64,000 nucleotides of DNA from a virus. Below are positions 56,428 to 64,000 of this stretch, one piece after another. Numbering within the stretch: position 1 is the first letter of the stretch; the number at the start of each line of letters is the position of its first letter. The position numbers and the translations under genes are program-made. The notes under the pieces were generated by a model, which saw only the letters and a list, made by a program, of their open reading frames with translations, did no database searches and was not told the origin of the DNA. The stretch is from positions 1 to 64,000 of IMG/VR virus record IMGVR_UViG_3300048110_000147. The stretch is one strand, 5' to 3'.

Positions 56428-57368
56428 TATTCAATCCCATTGTAGTCTTTATACCATTCATAAAACCGTTCAACACCTTCTGCAATACTTACTTTTGGTT
56501 CGTATCCCAGTGCTTCTAACTTGGTGGTATCAGACCAAGTCTCTAGTGTGTCTGCTGGATGTTTTGGAGCAAGATTCTTGATAGCATCTTTCCCCGTATT
56601 CTTTTCAATCTCGCTGATGAAGTCCATCAATGCGACCTGTTCACCACGACCAATGTTAAATATCTCACCTGCCTCGATGTCGGTATTACCTAAAACGATT
56701 TCAATACCATCTAGGATATCATCCACGTAGGTAAAATCCCGTTTCATATCACCATAATTATACACGGTAATTTCCTTTTCGTCAAGTATGTTCTTGGTAA
56801 AATCAAACAATGCCATGTCTGGTCGTCCCCAAGGACCATATACTGTAAAGAATCGTAGACCGACTGTGTTCAGACTAGATGACTGCATCTGACATTCGTT
56901 GGCCCACTTGGTGTAACCATACGCGTTCAACTGCTTGCCATGTTCTTTACCTTCCACCCACGGTACCGGAGAACCAGCATAAACGCAAGATGTTGACGCA
57001 TAGACAATACGAGTGTCTGGAAGATGTGTCTTACACACGTCGATTATGTTCTGAGTTGCGTCGATGTTGTTCTGGTGATAACTCTTCTCTTTACCTAGAG
57101 AGTCTCGCACACCTGCCATTGCAGCAAGGTGAACGATAGTATCTGGTTGAAAGTCTCGAAGTAGTGCCTCGACCTTTAATTCGTCGCGAAGGTCACATCC
57201 CCAGATATCAATATCGAAATGAACCATTCGGTCTCTTTTCAGTGATGGGGTGTACAGATGATTATTAAAGTTGTCCAGACCCTTAACCTCTAGACCCTGT
57301 CTTTGTAATCTGTCACATAATTGCGAACCGATAAATCCGGCCGCACCTGTTACTAAAACTTTTTTCAT
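56427..57368 (-). CDS. NAD-dependent nucleotide-sugar epimerase (UDP-glucuronate 4-epimerase-like)
   Basis: TGAAGFIG, HLAAMAGVR, YGYTK, RFFTVYGPWGRPDMA, RDFTY. Confidence 0.92.
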   Translation of the reverse strand: MKKVLVTGAAGFIGSQLCDRLQRQGLEVKGLDNFNNHLYTPSLKRDRMVHFDIDIWGCDLRDELKVEALLRDFQPDTIVHLAAMAGVRDSLGKEKSYHQNNIDATQNIIDVCKTHLPDTRIVYASTSCVYAGSPVPWVEGKEHGKQLNAYGYTKWANECQMQSSSLNTVGLRFFTVYGPWGRPDMALFDFTKNILDEKEITVYNYGDMKRDFTYVDDILDGIEIVLGNTDIEAGEIFNIGRGEQVALMDFISEIEKNTGKDAIKNLAPKHPADTLETWSDTTKLEALGYEPKVSIAEGVERFYEWYKDYNGIE

Positions 57369-57369
57369 A

Positions 57370-58311
57370 TCAACTATTCCTGTAAATAAATTCTAATGCC
57401 CTGTCCGCCTCTACGGTCAATGGACGGTTCTCATACCAGTTACCTGTTTCACTATCAAACTCACGACACATGTCTGCAATCTGGGATGCGGTGATAGGAT
57501 AACCTTTGGCATATGCATTGCCTGCAATAGAAATCATTATCTTATACATCTTAGAATACCAACCAGTTTCACTAATAGTTTGATACTCCACCGCCAGACG
57601 TTTGGGCCAGAACGGACAGTCGCGGTATGACGACCATCTGTAGTCGGTGTTATTTAGACTATCTTTACGGTGTTGTATTATCGCCTGTTGCATCGCTGTA
57701 GGTAATCGGTCAAGAAAAGAGTTACCTGTTCTCTCATGGTATGGGTGTCTTGCCATTAACTCAGATGTGTTTAGAGAGATCCCATCGTTGTGAAAGAAGA
57801 AAGATTCTGCATCCGGATATACTGCTGGGACATAATACATGCGAGCAAGGTCTTTGGTCTGAGGGTCACCCATCTCACCAAGTTCGGTATTGAGTGCATA
57901 CCAGAATGACTTGATGCGTTCGTTTTCGATATGTTCATCGAGTTCAAACACGATACGAAACTTGAGGTGGTTCTTACGAGAGCTTGCAGTGCTGTAAACG
58001 ATATAATTATACTGACCGAATCGTTCATATAGGTTTTGTTTTATTTCATCAATTCCCACGCCAACCATAAAATCATCCACATCGACAGCACACCAACCAC
58101 CCCAATGTAAAGTAGATTTATTACTGCGTGTACTGCTTTCCTGAAAACAAGCAGGAGTAATAAGAGGAGAACTATTTCCACCGCCTTTCTGTCCTTTCTG
58201 TTTGCTTAGTTGAAATAATAAATCACGAAAAGACTCCCAAGATTGTAATACTACTTTCCTGTGAGTCTTATTATCGAACTGATTTTTGAATATAGTAATT
58301 TCATAATTCAT
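57370..58311 (-). CDS. primase-polymerase-like (AEP/prim-pol) protein
   Basis: VDVDD, YSTASS...KFRIVF, D.QTKDLARMYY.P; helical C-terminal domain. Confidence 0.65.
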   Translation of the reverse strand: MNYEITIFKNQFDNKTHRKVVLQSWESFRDLLFQLSKQKGQKGGGNSSPLITPACFQESSTRSNKSTLHWGGWCAVDVDDFMVGVGIDEIKQNLYERFGQYNYIVYSTASSRKNHLKFRIVFELDEHIENERIKSFWYALNTELGEMGDPQTKDLARMYYVPAVYPDAESFFFHNDGISLNTSELMARHPYHERTGNSFLDRLPTAMQQAIIQHRKDSLNNTDYRWSSYRDCPFWPKRLAVEYQTISETGWYSKMYKIMISIAGNAYAKGYPITASQIADMCREFDSETGNWYENRPLTVEADRALEFIYRNS

Positions 58312-58317
58312 GCAAGC

Positions 58318-58346
58318 ATTATACCATAATATAGGGGACGTGTCAA
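58318..58346 (-). promoter_or_regulatory. sigma70 promoter giving a leaderless transcript
   Basis: TTGACA-N17-TATAAT-GCTTGC-ATG. Confidence 0.75.
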
Positions 58347-60817
58347 CCGAAGAAATCCTCAAGTGATGCCTGTGGTTCTGCCACCCAACCGACTGCGTCA
58401 AGAATTGGTTCCAGTGGGTCTAGGAAAGTCTTCTCAAACATGAGGTCATAATCCACATACTTATGGAGACCCAGTTCTTCGGGTAAATTAAGTGGATAAG
58501 AAACGACATTCTGTCCCAGACGATTAGGCATCTTGAGGTAAATGAACTTTATCTTCTCACCCTGTTTGACAAACTCATATCGTCGGGAGATGTCGTTCTC
58601 GATAATCGCATTGTTATAACATAGGGCGCCACGCACATGGATGGGAGTTCCCTTCTTGAAGATGGTTTTGCGGTCTTCCCACTTGGATAGATTAGATATG
58701 CCACGGGGAAATGAAACCTCTTCGGGAGGCAGAGACTTGAACAATATCTTGAAGTCACGGATGAAGCCCTGAGTAGTGTCTTCAGTCCCCTCAATCAGAA
58801 CACGGAAGATCTCTTTCATCTTGTCACGGACGACCGAAGGAGTCGACGACTTGATTGCCTCGATACCCATCATCTTGAGTTTAGGTTCTGCGTACTGGAC
58901 ACCCTCGTTGTTGTGCACGTTCAGGATGTATCGTTTCTTCGCCATCCAGATACCACGGTCTGCGATGACCTCACGTCCCATCTCCATACGGTTTTCGTAT
59001 GCGCCAGTAACATCTGCCATAATTTTATAAGAGTCAGACAGAACTTTCTCGAAGTGGTCTGCGCAAATCTTATCTAGGAACTTGACGGGATTGTTTGGCG
59101 CAAACTTCTCGACCAGATCACCCATGCGAATATACACGGAGTCAGTATCGATTGCGACGACGTAGTCCTCATCTGTTTTGAGAACATCTTGCATCGCACT
59201 ATTGACCGCACGTTCTGCCCACTTGATTGCAAGTTGACCAGCAAGAGTAATAGACTCTGCGACACGTTGGTCAAAGTAACGAAAGTATCGATTACCCAGC
59301 GCACCATAGAGAGAGTTCATAAGAATCTTGATCGCCATCTGTTGGTTATCTAGAGATGATATCCGATAAGCAAGAGAGTTAGACGGAGTCTTCTGGTATT
59401 CTTGCTGGAGTTTAATCATCTCACTCTTTATGATACGCCGTTCGGTATAGTATTGTTTAATCACCGTAGGAATAACACCCTCACGATCATGAGAGAATCG
59501 AACACCAGTGGGAGCAAGAGAGAATTCAGAATCGTTGATAGTTGTCCCATTCAAGAAACTGTCGACCGAAACATTAGGAGTAATACCATCAATCACAGTC
59601 TCAGGCGACATGTTATATTGAACAATCAAGTTTGGATATAGAGAGTTCAAGTCAAAAGAAGTGACCCAGTCATGCGCACCGACCTGTGGGTCTTTCACAT
59701 AACCGCCTGGGTATGAAGTCTTAGGTTTCTCAGTCTTAGGAGGCACCACGACCTTCATCTTGTTCAACATGCGATAGATGATGCTGTCCCAAATATTAGT
59801 GGTCCCCAGAGTGTCACCGTAATTCACACCACCACGATACGCCATAGTGAGAACCAAGGTAATGAGGTCTAGTTTCTCATCGATCTTGTGGACCAACTCC
59901 ACGTCTTTGATGTTGTAGTCAATAAACTTCTGGAAGTCATTCTCGTACAGAGAGTGAAGATTACCGTGTTCCTCATACGAAAGTTTACGTTCTTCTAAGA
60001 CGACGTGAGCGATATGGTCTAGTCGATAAGATTCTTGTTGACCAAGAGTGTTAAGGGTAAACTTCTTGAAGATTTCAATGTAGTCTAAATGTTCAATGCC
60101 TTCGATGATGTACTCTTGATTAGAGCGACCTTGAATATTGATATTGCGTTCACGCACAGCACCCCAAGGAGAGAGACGTTTTAGTAACGTGTCGTCGCCA
60201 AACAGTTTGTGACATCGGTTGACAATATATGGGATATCGAAGAAACGAGTGTTCCACCCAGTGATAATGTCAGGAGAGTAGTGAGACCAATGTTCGACAA
60301 ACTTACGGAGAAGATCCATCTCATTGTCGCACTTTATATAGAGCACGTCCTCACGAGTGACTTCATAGTCACCACAAGACCAGACCCAGTAGTTACCGTC
60401 GTTCTTGCGTATTGCAATAGAAGTAACTGGATATGCCGCCTCGCCTGGTTCTGGGAATCCGTCGGCAGAGTAAACCTCAATATCGATATTCATCACGCGG
60501 ACTAGGTCGCGGTCAAAGGGTATCTTGTTGGGGAATTCGTCAGCGAGGTACTGTGCAACATAGTTATTGTTACCGTACACCTTGAAGTTTGCTACGTCAG
60601 AGTATCTCTTGAGGAAGTCTGTCGCATCGGACATAGAATCCAAGACGCACTCAGCCACAGGAAGACCTTCCAGAGTTTTCCACTCTGACTCGTTTTCACT
60701 GGAGACGTATAGTTTAGGTTGATACGGAATACGTTTTTTGACCTGTTGGCCATTTTCGTAACCGCGATAAAGTATGTGTCTACCCATACGGATAGCAGAA
60801 GAGTAAAATTTTGTCAT
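58343..60817 (-). CDS. 43: family B DNA polymerase gp43
   Basis: [39 protein letters not shown]. Confidence 0.98.
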   Translation of the reverse strand: MTKFYSSAIRMGRHILYRGYENGQQVKKRIPYQPKLYVSSENESEWKTLEGLPVAECVLDSMSDATDFLKRYSDVANFKVYGNNNYVAQYLADEFPNKIPFDRDLVRVMNIDIEVYSADGFPEPGEAAYPVTSIAIRKNDGNYWVWSCGDYEVTREDVLYIKCDNEMDLLRKFVEHWSHYSPDIITGWNTRFFDIPYIVNRCHKLFGDDTLLKRLSPWGAVRERNINIQGRSNQEYIIEGIEHLDYIEIFKKFTLNTLGQQESYRLDHIAHVVLEERKLSYEEHGNLHSLYENDFQKFIDYNIKDVELVHKIDEKLDLITLVLTMAYRGGVNYGDTLGTTNIWDSIIYRMLNKMKVVVPPKTEKPKTSYPGGYVKDPQVGAHDWVTSFDLNSLYPNLIVQYNMSPETVIDGITPNVSVDSFLNGTTINDSEFSLAPTGVRFSHDREGVIPTVIKQYYTERRIIKSEMIKLQQEYQKTPSNSLAYRISSLDNQQMAIKILMNSLYGALGNRYFRYFDQRVAESITLAGQLAIKWAERAVNSAMQDVLKTDEDYVVAIDTDSVYIRMGDLVEKFAPNNPVKFLDKICADHFEKVLSDSYKIMADVTGAYENRMEMGREVIADRGIWMAKKRYILNVHNNEGVQYAEPKLKMMGIEAIKSSTPSVVRDKMKEIFRVLIEGTEDTTQGFIRDFKILFKSLPPEEVSFPRGISNLSKWEDRKTIFKKGTPIHVRGALCYNNAIIENDISRRYEFVKQGEKIKFIYLKMPNRLGQNVVSYPLNLPEELGLHKYVDYDLMFEKTFLDPLEPILDAVGWVAEPQASLEDFFG

Positions 60818-60823
60818 GCAGCC

Positions 60824-60852
60824 ATTATACAAAATTACGAGGGAGTTGTCAA
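60824..60852 (-). promoter_or_regulatory. sigma70 promoter giving a leaderless gp43 transcript
   Basis: TTGACA-N17-TATAAT-GGCTGC-ATG. Confidence 0.75.
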
Positions 60853-61649
60853 TCAATTACCTTAAAAAATTTGTGTCGAGTCCACGGTTGTTCTTGCTTC
60901 TTATCTGAGTACCCATGATGGTCCTGAGTTACCGCAAGACGTTTTGAAATCACCTGAGTAGTTGGCGTAGGTATCCCAGTGCGATGTCTATCTCTCTGAT
61001 TAAAGTATATCCCGATGTCACGACCAACACCTATTGTATCACATTCAGTCCAAGGATGCAAGGCAGTATTGCGAATTCCGTAATAATTTATATCTGGACG
61101 ATTTAGGAAGTCCGTCGTGTAAGTTCTGAAAAGACGCTGGAGAACACAGTAAGGTCCACAGTTGATAGGAAATTCATTGGTGGTCATCATATGATGCGCC
61201 CAGTGTGCGAACCCTCTGTCCATGCAGTACATACCCATGAACAATCCTATATTCGCATAGAGCGTATTATCTGCGTACTCAGCAAGTAGTTTGAATGCTT
61301 CGTAACGTTCTTCGATCAACCATGTGTCGTGTTCCATAATCCAGAACTTTTCGTCTGACTGTCCTTGCAGACGCATTAGTTCCCAGTGAGAACACATCCC
61401 TGCCTTTTCTGTGGGAGAGTGATCCTCTTTACCGTTACCAGACAATGTGTCTAGAGTCATGAGACTTTTAGACCAGTTATAACTAGACGCATGTTCTTCA
61501 AAGTTTGCAGAGGCCGGGGTAATTGCATCGAAGGTTTCGATAGAATCTATGAAACCCTCGTCGATGGCACGTTGGAAGGAATAACGGGAGAGCGAAGCAT
61601 ACTCTTCAGACCGTTCATCGCCCTTCATTACAATCTGTATTGCTTTCAT
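60849..61649 (-). CDS. GT25-like glycosyltransferase
   Basis: FDAITP, E.AG..SHW.L, IMEHD. Confidence 0.6.
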   Translation of the reverse strand: MKAIQIVMKGDERSEEYASLSRYSFQRAIDEGFIDSIETFDAITPASANFEEHASSYNWSKSLMTLDTLSGNGKEDHSPTEKAGMCSHWELMRLQGQSDEKFWIMEHDTWLIEERYEAFKLLAEYADNTLYANIGLFMGMYCMDRGFAHWAHHMMTTNEFPINCGPYCVLQRLFRTYTTDFLNRPDINYYGIRNTALHPWTECDTIGVGRDIGIYFNQRDRHRTGIPTPTTQVISKRLAVTQDHHGYSDKKQEQPWTRHKFFKVID

Positions 61650-62236
61650 CGTGTAAACGGTTCTCTATAAAACCCATCTAAACTTATGGGTTTGTCTGCA
61701 TACACACAAGCGTATAGGCCTCTTGCATGTGGACTTTTGTTTGGGTAACTGCGATGCATAGTGTTTCCGTTAATCACTAATACATCACCTCTTTTCAAAA
61801 CAGGTGTGGACCATTTCCTGTTATCAATATTCTGTACTTCTAATGACCCGTTCGTTGCTGTTATGTCGTCTAGTATCCATGCAACGTTTATAGTATGAAT
61901 ACCAGAATTTTTATTAGGACCATACTGATTATCATAATGTGCTGGGAACTCTAAACTATCTCTAGGCATTTTCATAACCATTTGATCGTTGAACAAGTAT
62001 ACCACATCACCCAGTATCTGTCTAGTCAAATCATACATGACCTCTGAGGTATAAATGTTGAATAGCTCCTCACTGAATTTACCAGCACAGGATATACCTT
62101 TCCAGTCCGAATACTTAGGATAGTCCTTGCGGAGTTCAATACCGATCTTCTTGACCTTACTTATAATGTCATCATCTATCAAAGAAGGTAAATGCATCCA
62201 CCCCTTTGCCTCGTAATGTTCTATATCGTAGTTCAA
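61646..62236 (-). CDS. PhyH-family 2OG-Fe(II) dioxygenase
   Basis: HYD, WI.LDD.T..NG.L, GDVL......HRS.PN.S...R. Confidence 0.85.
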   Translation of the reverse strand: MNYDIEHYEAKGWMHLPSLIDDDIISKVKKIGIELRKDYPKYSDWKGISCAGKFSEELFNIYTSEVMYDLTRQILGDVVYLFNDQMVMKMPRDSLEFPAHYDNQYGPNKNSGIHTINVAWILDDITATNGSLEVQNIDNRKWSTPVLKRGDVLVINGNTMHRSYPNKSPHARGLYACVYADKPISLDGFYREPFTR

Positions 62237-62254
62237 TTGATTTCCTTAGGGCAT

Positions 62255-62280
62255 AAAAAAAGGGAGAATTAATCTCCCTT
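62255..62280 (-). terminator. rho-independent terminator
   Basis: AAGGGAGATTAATTCTCCCTTTTTT. Confidence 0.75.
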
Positions 62281-62379
62281 CCATCCTACATTATTGATGC
62301 TAAACACAGCATCACAGTCCATATACATGCAAGATTAATTCCGATTAGACCTAATACTTCTAGATCTGCGGCATCTCTC

Positions 62380-62865
62380 TTAGCCATGTAACGTTTTATC
62401 TGTTGCATTGATTGTCTCCTCGTTTAGAAGTTGTGGGTCATTGATAGTGTTAGACCCGTTAATTTCTACTTTACGAGGCCGCTGGTTTTCAGGTATTATG
62501 ACTTCCAATTTAATGGCAAGTAGTCCTTGTCTGAAATCAGCTCCCATTACTTCAACATACTCCGACAGCCTAAATTGCCGCTCGAACTTTTTCGTTGAAA
62601 TACCCTTATGGATATAGTCTCTTCCCGTATCGTTATGCTGCCCTCGAATGGTCAGTGTTCGGTTCTTTACTTCGATTTCTAATTCAGCCTCGCTGAAACC
62701 AGCGGTGGCGAGTTCGATTAGGTATTGATCCTCACCCGTCTTTAATATATTATGCGGAGGGAATGTGTCACCCGAATGCCGCGAGATACGGTCTAGTTCG
62801 TCGATCATTGTATCAAAACCGACAAACGCTGAGCGTGGAAATAGTTGTTTTGCTGTTAACGTCAT
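62380..62865 (-). CDS. hsp20: small heat shock protein (IbpA/Hsp20)
   Basis: FVGFD, FPPHNI, IELATAGF, HKGIS.K.F.RQF.L, GLL.I.L. Confidence 0.95.
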   Translation of the reverse strand: MTLTAKQLFPRSAFVGFDTMIDELDRISRHSGDTFPPHNILKTGEDQYLIELATAGFSEAELEIEVKNRTLTIRGQHNDTGRDYIHKGISTKKFERQFRLSEYVEVMGADFRQGLLAIKLEVIIPENQRPRKVEINGSNTINDPQLLNEETINATDKTLHG

Positions 62866-62924
62866 GTTGTGACTCCTAAATAATTAGCAAGTTTATTATG
62901 GATACCCGACCATTCGGCATATCC
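62866..62924 (-). promoter_or_regulatory. ROSE-like RNA thermometer in hsp20 leader
   Basis: 5' hairpin GGAUAUGCCGA/UCGGGUAUCC then CUUGCU...AGGAG hairpin occluding the SD. Confidence 0.65.
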
Positions 62925-62969
62925 GGTACTATATATACAAATTATGAGAATAAAAGTAACGAAATGTTA

Positions 62970-63212
62970 CTATTCTGGACTATCTTCGTCATCAATATTA
63001 ATTATAGGCAACGAAGCATCAACCAACACAACCTTCTCATTTTCAATCATGTTGATTATTTCTAACGTAAGATTTATGTCCATCTGAATATAGGACATTT
63101 TTCTCTCGCACATTTCGAGATGCTTACGATAAAATTCTAATTCTTGTTCTTTTTCTACTTTTCTTGCACTTATGTCGGCAAGAGAAATTATATTGTTCTT
63201 TTTGCCAGACAT
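62970..63212 (-). CDS. hypothetical coiled-coil protein
   Basis: 80 aa ORF. Confidence 0.6.
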   Translation of the reverse strand: MSGKKNNIISLADISARKVEKEQELEFYRKHLEMCERKMSYIQMDINLTLEIINMIENEKVVLVDASLPIINIDDEDSPE

Positions 63213-63221
63213 ACTTCGTCC

Positions 63222-63764
63222 TTAATAGTACATTGATGGGTCCGGAATTCCTTCTATTCCAAATGAAAAAGATACACGAGATTCTCTAGGGAATACTTGA
63301 TGATGAGTTTGTCTTGGTAAATAAACATACATACCAGGCTCAAAATCAAATTGCTCTTCGTTATTAATGCCTTCTACCTTTAGACCGACAGTACTTATAA
63401 CCTGAACTAAGAACACGTCCATAGCATCTTTGTGCCAAGGGTATGACCCACTTGCACGACCAAAACCACTAAACGCAATGTTAGTGATTTTGTTTTCATG
63501 CAGCGTGAACACATCCTGTAGTTCTGTATATATGTTCTTCGCAAACTCTGGTGAACTACCACGAGTATGGAAGTTGTTCAAACCTATACGCATCTTATCT
63601 GAATTTCTGTCGTATAGGTCATTTGGATGCGAGTCCATCATTTGCATGAACTCGTTCCAATTGTAAGTCTCTTTCATATCAAACGGAAGTTTGCCTACGA
63701 ACGGAGTCTTGGTGCGAATATTCTCTTCGCGATCTTCAAATATATCATAACAAGTATTTGACAT
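63222..63764 (-). CDS. cupin/JmjC-like oxygenase
   Basis: WHKD..DVFLVQV; PG..VYLP...HH.V; R.SFSF. Confidence 0.7.
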   Translation of the reverse strand: MSNTCYDIFEDREENIRTKTPFVGKLPFDMKETYNWNEFMQMMDSHPNDLYDRNSDKMRIGLNNFHTRGSSPEFAKNIYTELQDVFTLHENKITNIAFSGFGRASGSYPWHKDAMDVFLVQVISTVGLKVEGINNEEQFDFEPGMYVYLPRQTHHQVFPRESRVSFSFGIEGIPDPSMYY

Positions 63765-64000
63765 CAGCTATTCCCAATGTTATATTTTGGTTGCAGTGTC
63801 CATTGTGACTTATCCTTGTATGAGATTATTTTAATCTGTCTCATAGGAGCACAGTCTCGTGCAACTTCTTTATTGACTATGGCTACTAGACCCCAGTCTG
63901 CTAACAATGTAGCTATTGTGTTACGTCTCTCCATATCAGAGATTTCTAGGTTAGACTTTTTTCCGTCTAATAGAAACAACTCTTTGAAGTGGACGATGAA
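63764..64000 (-). CDS. regA: RegA translational repressor (5' part outside window)
   Basis: VHFKELFLLDG...RRNTIA.LL.DWGL...KYNIG. Confidence 0.92.
   Translation of the reverse strand, partial: FIVHFKELFLLDGKKSNLEISDMERRNTIATLLADWGLVAIVNKEVARDCAPMRQIKIISYKDKSQWTLQPKYNIGNS

Overview
This 64 kb window is a segment of a T4-like (Tevenvirinae/Kyanoviridae-type architecture) myophage genome, almost entirely on the minus strand; a marine proteobacterial host is inferred, not shown. Recognisable core genes are gp43 DNA polymerase, uvsX, gp41 helicase, dsbA, regA (cut by the window edge), nrdA (with an internal glutaredoxin domain), nrdB, lysozyme and hsp20. Ten CCA-encoding tRNAs lie at 41.9-48.0 kb. 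The accessory content includes apt with an MTA/SAH nucleosidase, iscU, a di-heme MauG/CCP lipoprotein, ugd with an epimerase, about 5 glycosyltransferase-like genes, a carbamoyltransferase, a radical SAM/SPASM enzyme, 2OG oxygenases, and a DUF262-HNH nuclease next to a PP-loop enzyme. Main hunt results: (1) a late-expressed set of about 9 proteins sharing a T4 internal-protein-like capsid-targeting N-terminus, which includes an RNA-ligase-like enzyme, a Pnk/zeta-like kinase and an HxGH nucleotidyltransferase polyprotein (candidate virion-delivered repair/anti-defence kit); (2) a ~186-nt multi-stem non-coding RNA just 3' of tRNA-Ala, plus smaller structured RNAs; (3) a family of early-promoter cassettes with two distinct palindromic operators and an exact 66-bp direct repeat; (4) leaderless gp43 and primase-like mRNAs; (5) uronic-acid nucleotide-sugar genes in the uvsX-gp43 slot that T-even phages use for DNA-modification genes. 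All family calls are from motif recognition by eye; no database searches were run.
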